DNA of 62,542 nucleotides, counting the filler, from Chiloscyllium plagiosum (Eukaryota), in the NCBI RefSeq assembly GCF_004010195.1. It is 4 parts of one record of this genome, joined end to end, with 100 filler letters (N's around TTAATTAATTAA, not from the genome) between each part and the next. Parts side by side here need not be neighbours in the genome. Positions count along the whole stretch, not along the records: positions 26,546 to 58,317 come from NC_057711.1; positions 58,418 to 62,542 come from NC_057711.1; 2 more parts are not named here. One strand, written 5' to 3'. The notes under the pieces are model-generated. The model saw only the letters and a program-made list of their open reading frames with translations. It had not been told where the DNA came from and ran no database searches. This document shows, piece by piece, positions 51,092 through 62,542 of this stretch (its first letter is position 1; the number at the start of each line of letters is the position of its first letter). The translations under genes and the position numbers were made by a program.

Positions 51092-51729
51092 CTAAAAAAA
51101 AACACATGATCATTTCTACATCACAACCAACAGCACTCATCAAGATGATGCTATCACCACAAAGATTTCTCTATTAATGTGTCTCAGTTGTGTAAAGAAA
51201 ATCTAAATCTTTATTTTGCATAACTGCATTTAGTCTAATTTAGTTTGTAGTTGACGTTAAACTGAAACCTACAGTTTAAATTTAGTAGTTGCCAATCTTT
51301 AGCTAGGTTCCCATCCAGCCCCAACAAGGATTCCAGGGAATAAAAAAACAGCTGAGGCTCTAGACTCAGAGAGACTTTTTACACTGAAAGCATATAAGGT
51401 AAAGTCATCATAGTCCCACTTTCTCAACAGAGAGAGAGGTGACTGGTGATGACTTTAACCTGAGGGTTACCATGGCTCAGGTGAGTGGCAAGATTGAGAA
51501 GGAGAGCACTTCATGGTGACGTTAGCCAGTACAGGAATGGGACCTACACTGTTGTGGTCAACTCTGCATTGTAAACAAACTGTCCAGCCAACGGAGCTAA
51601 CATCCAAACACCCAACAGTCACAAGGTTCTTGAAAGCTGTGTGGTCTGCAGGGTCCATGGCATTGTGGTACGGGGGCTTTTGAGTGGAAGGAGAAACAGC
51701 CCATCAAGTCTGCACTGACCCTCTGAAGA

Positions 51730-53150
51730 GCAGTGCTGGGGCTAGTGACTAGGGGACAAATCTAGTTATGGGAATCAATTCTGTTCACTGCAGCCATCAG
51801 CATGAGTCCCAAAGGCTGAGTTGCTTGTTTTGTGCCAGTCAGGGAATCCCCTCAGGATTGGAGAGGAACCTGGGAGTGTTGTTGTCATCCACATTGGCAC
51901 CAGCGATAGGGCTAGAAAAGGTATTCTGCTGAAAGAATTTTAACAGTTAAGAATTAAATTAGAAAGCAAAACCTGATTTCCTTCTTCTGTGTACTCCTAC
52001 TTCCTTTGTACTTTGATTAGATGTGGGCGGCACGGTGGCACTGTGGTTAGCACTGCTGCCTCACAGCACCAGAGACCCAGGTTCAATTTCCGCCTCAGGC
52101 GACTGACTGTGTGCAGTTTGCACATTCTCCCCGTGTCTGCGTCGGTTTCCTCCGGGTGCTCCGGTTTCCTCCCACAGTCCAAAGATGTGCAGGTCAGGTG
52201 AATTGGCCATGCTAAATTGCCCGTAGTGTTAGGTAAGATGTAGATGTAGGGGCATGGGTGGGTTGCGCTTCGGCGGGTTGGTGTGGACTTGTTGGGCCGA
52301 AGGGCCTGTTTCCACACTGTAAGTAATCTAATCTAACCTCCAAGAAACTAATTTTGAGTTTGCTAACTAAGCTACGGTTAAACTACCATAACATAAATAA
52401 AGTCAAGGCATTGAATGAATAACCTAAGCAGCAAATAGGGTCAAAGGTGTAAAAATGGTAAGAAGGTAAAATTATTCAGAAGAAACCATGTGAATGAAGG
52501 GCACAAATAGGAGGTCATTAGGTATGATCTTGTAGCCATTACATAGACATGGTTACAAGGAGAACTAAATACAGATTGGTATGTAGTATTTTGAGAGAAC
52601 AGGCGGGAAGGAAAATGTAGTGGGGTGGCATTGGTCGTGTGAGGTGGAACAAGTACAACAACAAGAAATAATTTTGGATTTAAAAATGTCAAATCTATTC
52701 GGGTGGAGCTAAGAAATAACCGGGGAAGAAAATATTGTTGGGATTAGTCCATAGGCCCCTGACAATAGCTATACTGTAGAAAGAGAATAAATAATAAGGG
52801 CATGTAAAAAAGGCAGTATATTAATCAAGGATGATTTATTTTTCACATCAAATGGAAGAAACAAATTGGCAGGGGTAACCATGAAGAAGAATTCATCACG
52901 TATATTCAGGGCAGTTTCCTACAACAAAATATTGTGGATCCAATCGGGGTCAAGTTATTTTGGGGCTGGTATTGTGTAATGGGGCAAGTTTAATAAATTA
53001 TCTCAAAGAGAAAGGTCCCCTTGGAAACAATAACCATAATGTGGTAACATTTATCATTCAGTTTGGTGATAAACTTGGGTCAGCAACAACTATGCTAAAC
53101 CTAAATGTGTCTAATTATAAAGGAATTAGAACCTTACTGGGTGAAATGGA
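51730..53150 (+). mobile_element. Old CR1 ORF1 esterase/endonuclease relic (HE1 SINE nested at 52025-52336)
   Basis: VVIHIGTSD (SGNH-like), YDLVAIT*TWL and SIRVELRN motifs. Confidence 0.65.
52025..52336 (+). mobile_element. HE1-type V-SINE
   Basis: Full-length, near-identical to the 47519 copy. Confidence 0.9.
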
Positions 53151-54150
53151 CTTGGAGTTGATATCCCAACTCCTAACCTCAGTGGTCTGAACAATGAAGG
53201 TTGGCATTCCAAACGTCTTCTTCACCATTTTGTCTGTCTGTGACACAACTTTCAATCAACTATATACTAGAACCTCTAGGTCTCTCTGATCTACAAGACT
53301 ATCCAGGGCTCTACCATTAACTACATAAGCCTTGGCCTTGTTCATCGTACCAAAGTGTGACACCTTGCATTTATTAAATTTGGACTCCAATTGTCTTTCT
53401 TTGGCCAATTGGCCCAATTAACCTAATTGATCAAGATCCCTTTGTATCTTAGATAATCTTTTTCACTGTCATCTATACCTCCAATTTTAATGTCATCCAC
53501 AAACTTACTAACCGCGCTTCCTATATTCTCATCCAAACTGTTTATAACAAACAATAGCGGATCCAGCTCTGATCTCTCTCTCTGCACCTGCTCTGCGGCT
53601 GTAGCACTATCTTCTGTGTTCTGTTCTGCTCCCCTGATGCACTTTGTATAGTATGATCTGCCTGTATTGCATGCAAAACAACACTTTTCACTGCACCTCA
53701 GTACACGTGACAGCAATAAATTAATCAATCAATCAGAACATCACTGGTCATAGGCCTCCTGTCCAAAAAACAACTTCCACCACTGCGCTTTGTATCCTAC
53801 ATTCAAGCCAATTTTGTATCAAACAGGCAAGCTCACCCTGACAACATCTACTGCTTTACCCTCATCAATCTTTTTGGTTATCCTCAAAAACCTCAATTAA
53901 ATTTGTGAGACACAATTTCCCTCGCAGAAAGCCATGCTGACTATCCTTCATCTGTCCTTGCCTCTCCAAATGTATGTAAATCCTATCTCTCAGAATCCCC
54001 TCCAATAACTTACCCAACGCTGATGTCAGACTCACAGGTCTATACTTCCCAGGCTTCTCCTTACAGCCTTTCTTAAATAAAGGCATTACATTAGCCACCC
54101 TCCAGTCCTCCGGCACCTCATCCATGTCTATAGGGTGATACGAACATCCC
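53150..54150 (-). mobile_element. CR1 RT fragment with a nested Rex-type 3' tail (about 53570-53735)
   Basis: VPEDWRVANVMPLFKKG..YRPVSLTS; KFVDDIKIGG. Confidence 0.85.
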
Positions 54151-55180
54151 TGCTAGAAATTAACTGCCTTTTACAAGAGAAACTGAATACAAAAATAGGG
54201 AAATTATCTGCTTCAGTTAAACAAGGTGTTGGTGAGTCCACATCTGCAGAACAGTGTCCAGAACTGGTCTCCTTATTTAAGGATGGAAGCAGTTCATAGA
54301 GACATTCCAGACACCTAGAACGTACAAGGTGTAATGAGGCAAAGTTAAATAGGCTAGGCTTGCATCTGCTAGAGTTAGAAAGAGTAAGAGCAATTTGATT
54401 GAAACATGTACAATCTCCAGGAATCTTTACAGGGTGGATGTGAGATAAACACTTCTCCCTGTGGGAGAATCTGGAATTGGGGTCACAGTTTTACATCACA
54501 GAAGGGCATGTGCCTTTGAAACCCTCTTTCTCAAAATACTGAGAAATAATGTTATTAAGATTATTAAAATAATGTTTGTAAGATATTTTTGGATATTAAG
54601 AAGACTGAAGTTATTGGCAGGAGCGGGTGGTAGGTGATGATGTGGAATTATCAGGTCAGCCATAACCTTATGAATGATGGAGGAGGCTCAGGAGCTGAAT
54701 AACCTACTGTTATTCCTAATTTGTATGTTGGTATCTTCCTCTTTGCTAGTTAATGACTTTGCTCAGTAGAGAGATTTTTCCCTGATTCCCATTGGGTAAG
54801 TTTATTAGGGATCCTTGATGCCATACTCAATCAAATGCTGCCTTAATATCAAGGACTGTCACTCCAGCTCATTTTGTTTCCAAATACAATTGATGATTCT
54901 CTCAGATGAGTGGCAGTTTCTAAGTATCAAAACTGGTTTAATCGTCCAACTCAAAACTGGTCTTCGTTGAACCTGGAATGCCAATAGTTAGCCTGGCAGA
55001 TTGCACCTTTGGATTTGTTGGACCAAAGATGGACCAAGAAATGATAAGGGAATATAGAATAGAATACAAATGTAATTTAGTAAAAAAAATTATAAAAACA
55101 TACTGTAAAATATTCTATAGGCGCATAAAATGCTAACATTTAACTAAAACGAATGTGACTCTGACAGGGTCAATTTATAA

Positions 55181-55530
55181 TCATAGAATCATGGAATAGA
55201 ATTATAGAATCCCTACTGTGTAGAAAGAGACCATTCAGCCCACTGAGTCTGAACTGACCTTCTGAAGTGCATCCCACAGAAAGCCAGCCCCTTTTTTTAT
55301 CCCCCATAACACTGCATTGCCTATGGCTAACCCACCTAGCCTGTACATGCCTGGAAACTATGGACAATCAAGCATGGTGAAACCAGTCTAACCTGCGTAT
55401 CTTTGGAATATGGGAGAAAACTGGGGCACCTGAAGGAAACCCATGCAGACACGGGAAGAATGTGCAAACTCCAAACACACAGTTGCCCAAGGGTGGAATC
55501 GAACCTGGGTCCCTGGCACTGTGTGGCAGC
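55181..55530 (-). mobile_element. HE1-type SINE
   Basis: Reverse complement of HE1 with (ATAGAATC)n tail. Confidence 0.8.
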
Positions 55531-58108
55531 ATAATGGGTAATAAATAAGAAATGTCAGAGAAGCTAAATGATTACTTTGTGTCTGTTTTCACTGAGAAGG
55601 ATACCAAAAATCTCTCAAAATTAAAGATCCAAATAGCTAGGGCAAATGAGGTGCAGAAGGAAATGAGCATCAATAAGATGATTGAACTGGAGAAATTAAT
55701 AACACTGAAAGACAATATATCAGCATGAACTAATGATCTATATCAAACAAATCACTAGAGATAGTAGATGTATTGGTGTTTATCTTCCAAAACTCTATAG
55801 TTTTTGGAATGTTTCCCCTTGATTAGAAAGTAACAAATGTGACCTATTATTTAAGATGGGAGCAAGAGAGAAAACGACAAATACAGACCAGTTAGCCTTA
55901 ACTCAGCAATAGGAAACTGGCTAGAAACTATTATAAAGAATAAGATATATAGACACCTGATTTATAATGACTTGATTGGGCAAAGTTGCATGGATTTGTG
56001 AATGGCAATCCTGTTTGATTAACTTGAGAGTTTGTTTTGAAACGTTATGAACAAATTTGATAAAGGAGAACCAATTGATACAGTATACTTAGATTTTCGG
56101 ATAACTTTTGATAATATCCACCATAGGAGGCTGGTTAGGAACATTAAAGCAATATTTCTTAAATGGCAGGTTGGATACTGTGTAGATGTACAAAGGGATT
56201 AAGATGTCCTTGTCGATGAGTCAATAAAGGTCAAGGTTCCCCATGGGAGACTGGTTAGCAAGGTTAGATCACACGAAATACAGGGAGAACAAGCTATTTG
56301 GATACAGAACTGGCTCAAAGGTAGAAGACAGAGGGTGGTGGTGGAGGGTTGTTTTTCAGACTGGAGGCCAGTGGAGTGCCACAAGGATTGGTGCTGGGTC
56401 CTCTACTTTTTGTCATTTACATAAATGATTTGGATGCGAGCATAAGAGGTACAGTTAGTAAGTTTGCAGATGACACCAAAATTGGAGNNNNNNNNNNNNN
56501 NNNNNNNNNNNNNNNNNNNNNNNNNNNNNNNNNNNNNNNNNNNNNNNNNNNNNNNNNNNNNNNNNNNNNNNNNNNNNNNNNNNNNNNNNNNNNNNNNNNN
56601 NNNNNNNNNNNNNNNNNNNNNNNNNNNNNNNNNNNNNNNNNNNNNNNNNNNNNNNNNNNNNNNNNNNNNNNNNNNNNNNNNNNNNNNNNNNNNNNNNNNN
56701 NNNNNNNNNNNNNNNNNNNNNNNNNNNNNNNNNNNNNNNNNNNNNNNNNNNNNNNNNNNNNNNNNNNNNNNNNNNNNNNNNNNNNNNNNNNNNNNNNNNN
56801 NNNNNNNNNNNNNNNNNNNNNNNNNNNNNNNNNNNNNNNNNNNNNNNNNNNNNNNNNNNNNNNNNNNNNNNNNNNNNNNNNNNNNNNNNNNNNNNNNNNN
56901 NNNNNNNNNNNNNNNNNNNNNNNNAAAGATATAAAAGAGACCTAAGGGGCAACTTTTTCATGCAGTGGGTGGTACGTGTATGGAATGAGCTGCCTGAGGA
57001 AATGGTGGAGGCTGGTATAATTGCAACATTTAAGAAGCATTTGGATTGGTATATGGATAGGAAGGGTTTGGAGGGATATGGGCCGGGTGCTGGCAGGTGG
57101 GACGAGATTGGGTTGGGATATCTGGTTGGCATGGATAGGTTGGACCGAAGGGTCTGTTTCCATGCTGTACATCTCTATGACCCTATAACATGCAAATGCA
57201 GCCACTGATTAACCAGGCTAATGGAAGGTTAGCCATTATTGCAAGAGAATTTGAGTGCAGGAGTCATGAAGTGCCACTTTAATTTTATAGGAGGTTGGTG
57301 AAACCACCTCTGGAATAGTACGTAGTGTTTATGATCCCCTTATTTCAGGAAAAATATTATTGCTGCAGAGAAAGTGCAACCAATGTTCACCAGAGCCAGC
57401 AGGACTGTTCTATGAAAAGAGACTGGGCAAACTGGGGTGTACTTCTCTGAGAGTGTCAAAGAATGTGAGTTGATCTCAATGAAATTGATGAAATACTTGA
57501 AGGAAGATGCAGTCAAGACATTCCCCTGGTTAGGGAGTCCAGAATCAGGGGGTATTATTTTAAACTAAGGGGGATGTCTGAGATGTGGACAATTGTTTTC
57601 TCACTCAGAGAGTTGTGAACCTTTGGAATTCTCTCTTACAAAGGGTTGTGGAGGCTCAGTATGTTTACTTGTTCAAGGTGAGAGGTGGGAATTTTAAGGG
57701 GGATACACACGGCAAGTACTTCACACAGAGGGTGGTGGGCATTTGGAACATGTTGCCAGCAGAGGTGGTAAAGGCAGGCACGGTAGATTCATTTAAGATG
57801 CATCTGGACAGAGACATGAGTAGGTGGGAAGCAGAGGGATACAGATGCTTAGGAATTCGGCGACAGGTTTAGACAGTAGATTTGGATCGGCTCAGGCTTG
57901 GAGGGCCGGAGGGCCTGTTCCTGGGCTGTCAATTTTCTTTGTTCTTTGTGAGTATGCTTAAGGTGGAGATTAATCGAAATTTGATTATTAGTAGCATACA
58001 TTCATATGGGGATGGGGTGGGTAAAAAGCATTGAAGTGTGTCATCAGTCACGATTGCACTGAATGGAGGTATAGGCTCAATGGGCTGAATGGCCTACTCC
58101 TATTCTTA
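55531..58108 (+). mobile_element. Old CR1 with younger CR1 insertions (56230-57185 spanning gap 56488-56924; 57677-57948)
   Basis: RT motifs [27 protein letters not shown] and several CR1 3' tails. Confidence 0.8.
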
Positions 58109-58317
58109 GGAGAAAGTGAGGACTGCAGATGCTGGTGATCAGAGCTGAAATTGTGTTGCTGGAAAAGCGCAGCAGGTCAGGCAGCACCCAAGGAGCAGGA
58201 GAATTGACATTTCAGGAATGAGGGAAGTGTGTCAAGCAGGCTAAGATAAAAGGTAGGGAGGAGGGACTTGGGGGAGGGGTATTGGAAATGCGATAGGTGG
58301 AAGGAGGTAAAGGTGAG
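58109..58317 (-). mobile_element. PLE family B 3' end
   Basis: Reverse complement of 6405-6627. Confidence 0.85.
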
Positions 58318-58417
58318 NNNNNNNNNNNNNNNNNNNNNNNNNNNNNNNNNNNNNNNNNNNNTTAATTAATTAANNNNNNNNNNNNNNNNNNNNNNNNNNN
58401 NNNNNNNNNNNNNNNNN
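58318..58417. other. Artificial scaffolding gap (N44-TTAATTAATTAA-N44)
   Basis: Linker at 58362-58373. Confidence 0.97.
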
Positions 58418-59233
58418 AATAGGTTTATTTGGAAGCACTAGCTTTCAGGGTGCTGCTGTTTCATCGGGTAACTCATGTGGCAGGTTCATAAAACAGAGAA
58501 TGTATAGCAAAAGATCAAGCAATTAAAATGATATATTGAACAAACTCAGATTATTGTTTAGTCTTTCATCTTTTAGAATGTTTTGCAGGTTTTGGTTCAT
58601 TAAGATGTTAATCCAAGAACTTCTTTTAAGTCACATTCTCGCGATAACATAAGGTTTTATAATGTATGTCCATGAGCCAAAATCTCAGTAAACCACACCC
58701 AATGTTTCTGTAAAATGAGTGTCAAATGAGTGAAAATCTATCCATGGTAAACAATAAGCTCAAGATCAAACCTTTAAGGATGCAATCACATGATGGCCAT
58801 GCAAGGATCCTTATCACTTATCCTCATTCCTCATCAGGGTGAGCCTGTTGGGTGGAGATTTTCATATTTGCATTCTGATACGAGAATCTGATATCCTTAT
58901 CTCCCACGCTGTACCTGCCAGTGTTGCATGGCAGGATTTAGTCTCTGTTTTACCTTTGGGGCTTGGCCAGAGTCAGGCCTGAGCAGGGGGAAAGACAATG
59001 TGAACCTGCCAGTTTAAAATGACTGTCTCAGTCCAATTGGCTGTGTTTCTTCACAGTCATCTCTGTGAAGCAAGCACCAGCTGAGATGACCATGAATGAT
59101 TCTCCTTCTCTCCCTCTCCACTTGACTGGGGTTGGTTACTCTCAGGTTAAACCATCATTAGTTTTCTGTCTGTAATGAGAAAGCAGTCCTATGGTCTTTT
59201 GCTTTTGAATGGGCCTGGATTACATTTAAGTTA

Positions 59234-59303
59234 TATTGTGAGACTGTTGTATGTTCCTTCAAGGCTGGTATTGTGAGACTGTTGTATGTTCCTTCAAGGC
59301 TGG
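59234..59303. repeat. Exact tandem duplication, 2 x 35 bp
   Basis: TATTGTGAGACTGTTGTATGTTCCTTCAAGGCTGG twice. Confidence 0.95.
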
Positions 59304-60169
59304 ACTGACCTAGCGTGGATTGGTATCTGCACAGTTCTGATCTTGCCAGAAGAGTTTTGCTCAGTTAATAAATGAAGTTTCTTGCCTGAGCACAAGTACT
59401 TCCAGGTGATTGTTGAATTGGATTTTAATTAGCAGGGAGCTGTGAGAGCAAACTCAAAACGTTCAACTAAGATTCATAAACAACCTTGAACTGAAAAATG
59501 GTCAGCCTTTATTAAAAGAAGCAGCATGTGCATTTTGTTGGCTAAAAAAACACAAAGAGAGGGAGAAATGAAAGGATTCCAGTACTCTCCAAGTAATTTG
59601 CACCTTTACAAACAAATCAGTAGCATTATATACTTTAGAATATGCTGAGAAATTACAGATTATCATGAATTGTAGGTCACCTGTAGCACTGAACGTTTGC
59701 CTTATTAAAACATTAATCATTTGTGTCATTCCATAACTCTATTTCTGTTGTACGGACACTTTGTTTTGGCTAAAATCTGCAATTCAAAATTTACAAGGAG
59801 CCATGAAGACAATTACTGAAGTTTTACGAAGCTTGTAGAATTTATTTACAGTCAGCCTGATCGTGAAAGCTGTTTCTGACCTTTTGCCACAGTCATGTTC
59901 AACTTGCTGATCAAGAAGTCGAGAGTGTGCCATCATGCAATGTTAAATATTCCCCACAATACCACATTTGTGAACATGACCAATATCATTACAGAGCCTG
60001 TTTGGAGCACACTAGAGCCTGGTCTGTCTCCTACAAACTCCTTGTTTACTCTGACCGGGTCCCCGTGAGGTTGTTTCTGTGGATAGTGCTAAATGCACTC
60101 CATCAAGTATAACTCCTTGCAGGCCCAGGATTTTCCCCTTCATGTTTATCATGCTGTTGTAGACTCATT

Positions 60170-60380
60170 TATATAACTACGGAAAGTAGTGTGCACAGCC
60201 CAGACCACTATGGATGCTAACTTCCCATCCATGGAATCCATGTATTGCTGTGGAAATGCTGCCAACATCATCAATGACTCCCTCCCCCCACCCCCGGTAA
60301 TGCTCTCCTACTACCTCTTCAGTCAGACAGAAGATACAGAAGCCTGAACACATGCAACAAACATGTCGGAACAGCAGGGC
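60170..60380 (+). mobile_element. Rex1/Babar fragment
   Basis: AANIINDSLPPP..LPLQSDRRYRSLNT motif. Confidence 0.7.
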
Positions 60381-60535
60381 CTGTTTGTACATGTGTGTAA
60401 AGATAATTGAACAGGGCAGAGTGTAAAAGCAATAAAGAGTACAGTATCATTGCCTTTAATAAGAGGGGCACAGAGTTTAAGAACAAGGAGGTTATGCTGA
60501 AACTATGTTCGACACTGTTTGGACCTTAGCTGGAG

Positions 60536-61079
60536 TGTGAGAAACAAAGCTTTCAGTCTGAGTCAAATTTTGAAGCAGTCTTTATTCATATGGTCTTGCA
60601 AGCCGGGTGAGCATAGAGGAGGCATACCGGATCAGGAGGTTACATTACAATTTATACAGTTCAGTTGAGTCTCTTGGTACTCCCCTCTTACTTTGGTAAT
60701 CTAATCAGTTTACCACATCTGTCTGCGATGTGCAATCCCCACCTCCCTCCGCCCCCCGCCTTGATAGCTGGGTCTCATTACTTTTGCTGACTCAACACAG
60801 GGTCTTATTTGGTTATCTTGTTCATACTAACGCCCTATATGCGTGACAATTGCAACAGTCATGTCAATACATCTGTTTCTATTAGTCGACCACCTCCCTT
60901 TTCGGTTAGTTATTTCTTGGTATATACTCTCATGATTGCACCTTGCGATGTTTACAGAAGCAAGATACAGTCACTTGTAACTGTTTGTGCAAGCGTATCT
61001 AGCTTAACATACAACCACCCCCCATGACTCAGCCTTGTGATTTTTGCAGAAACAACAACCTTTGCAAAGACCTCTCACA
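60536..61079 (-). mobile_element. Retroviral 3' LTR, 544 bp
   Basis: TGTGAGA...TCTCACA termini; preceded on the - strand by polypurine tract AAAAAAGTGGGGGGGA; TATAAA near 60651-60656 and AATAAA at 60581-60586. Confidence 0.88.
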
Positions 61080-61097
61080 ATCCCCCCCACTTTTTTA

Positions 61098-61683
61098 AAA
61101 TAATTGTTGTTTTCTGCATTCCTCTCATATGTTGTCCCCAAATTTGCAAACATCATCCGCGAGACTTCATCCATCTTGGCCTCAAGGCCACCCATCCCCT
61201 CATAGTTCAAGAGGTACAGTTCCTCTGCCTGATTACCTTTTAGGGGCATCTGTTTTGCCAAGGCTGTCTCAATCAGCCGTTGGGTTAGTCCCTGTACACA
61301 AGGTATGATACAACAGCCAATTTCTACCAATACCCCTACTATCACTATCAGGGAGGTGAGGATGGAGACTACCACTCCCTTACATTTCCCAAACCATGAT
61401 TCCAGCCATCCTGTGAGTGATGTGTCCACCCCTAAATTCTCAGCCAGTTCTTCCACAAGGTGGTCAATCCTCACAAGGCACGAGTGATTGATGCATCAGG
61501 TGCTGTGTTATTTGGAATAAAAGTACAACAGTTCCCTCCTAACATCACGCATACACCCCTTTCTTCAGCTAAGATCATATCTCAGACCATTCTATTTTCC
61601 CAGGCCATTCTACTGGTTGCATCAAGCTGTTCTGCTATGCCTTTGACTGCACCCCTAGTGTAATTGATGAATCTTTGCTGATT
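61098..61683 (-). pseudogene. env: Endogenous retrovirus env transmembrane subunit (fish epsilon-like/ZFERV-type), disabled
   Basis: NQQRFINYTRGAVKGIAEQLDATSRMAWENRMV*DMILAEERGVCVMLGGNCCTFIPNNTAPDASITRAL*GLTTL/EELAEN..WLESWFGK..TM helix..GCCIIPC: immunosuppressive domain and CX6CC present; 2 stops and 1 frameshift. Confidence 0.92.
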
Positions 61684-61684
61684 A

Positions 61685-61890
61685 ACCTTTCTTCTTAGTC
61701 TGTGAACCCTAGTCCTGGAATTCCCCATCATCAGGAACATTCTTCCCCCATCTAGCCTGTCCAGACCCATCAGAGTTTGATATTTTTCTTTGAGATCCCG
61801 CCCCTCCATTTTCTAAATTCCAATGAGTACAAGCCCAGTCGATCCAGTTTTTCTTGATATGTCAGTCCGGCCATCCCGGGAATCGGTCGC
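61685..61890 (-). mobile_element. CR1 fragment abutting the truncated env
   Basis: GLDRLDGGRMFLMMGNSRTRVHRL. Confidence 0.75.
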
Positions 61891-62542
61891 CTGAACCTTG
61901 TCATATCACCTGTAAATATATTGGTTATGCAACAAATTTCTTTCATTACACTGTAATTGGTTTATTGCTTCTGATTTCTTACCACCAACAGAAATGACAT
62001 TAAAATTAATTAATTAGTTGTAGACCAAATGAAGAATGAATCTTAAAGAGTGAAGTGAATTTGAATCAAATGAATCCTGGTTTACTGGAGAAATTTCACT
62101 TCTCATAGTTGTTACTCTGACAGCAGCCAGTGTGTTGCATCCAGACATTTCTTCCAATTCTCCTGGAATAACAACAGAGCATTAGTACAACCAATGTCTA
62201 AAACAAAGGCATTTACTTGTAGTGTACAATTGTAAGTATATAGCTATGACACAGATTGGCTGCTCAGTTTTGAAGGGTTCCTGTACCTCTTGCTTGTTTT
62301 AATCTCCTCTGGTATGACAATGGGGACCATTTTAATCTTTATTGCCAAGTTAAGGAGAAGGCTGCAGGATGCTAATTTCACATTTTGCCCAACTTTGCTT
62401 CCATTTTATTTCACTAAACAGGCGTACAATGGTGTTCTGATTTGCTAACCTCAGTTTTCTCCCTACCCTGCGTTGATTGGGTGAGGTGCAGCACAGGATG
62501 CTCAGGTGAAACTGAAATATGGACCTACATCTCTTGGTCTAG

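Noticed and set aside
61582..61809. ORF fusing CR1 sequence to env
   Set aside because: Chance in-frame junction ending at a premature stop; no evidence of function
62100..62200. Minus-strand EEMSGCNTLAAV, reminiscent of CCL25 (the FBN3 neighbour)
   Set aside because: No in-frame CC motif, wrong exon phase and no other chemokine exons found

Overview
Eukaryotic, repeat-saturated genomic DNA. The HE1 V-SINEs, HER1/CR1 LINEs and Penelope-like elements point to an elasmobranch (shark). The only confidently identified host-gene content is two phase-1 calcium-binding EGF exons (628-756, 5149-5268, + strand) from near the 3' end of a fibrillin-2/3-type gene. I could not find the last three fibrillin exons in the window, which is split by three artificial 100-bp linkers (N44-TTAATTAATTAA-N44). 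The rest is mostly transposon debris: CR1, Rex1/Babar and L2-like LINEs, SINEs, Penelope-like elements, and Harbinger and pogo relics. Highlights: (1) short fold-back Penelope-derived elements with minimal hammerhead-ribozyme cores and 8-16 bp target-site duplications (TSDs); (2) the 3' end of a fish-type endogenous retrovirus (env TM, polypurine tract and a complete 544-bp LTR); (3) a 39-bp minisatellite derived from a Rex1 LINE motif; (4) a 162-bp templated inversion flanked by a 61-bp duplication; (5) an orphan 105-bp coiled-coil exon on the - strand. Repeat boundaries were read by eye and are approximate. Family names come from recalled motifs, not database searches.
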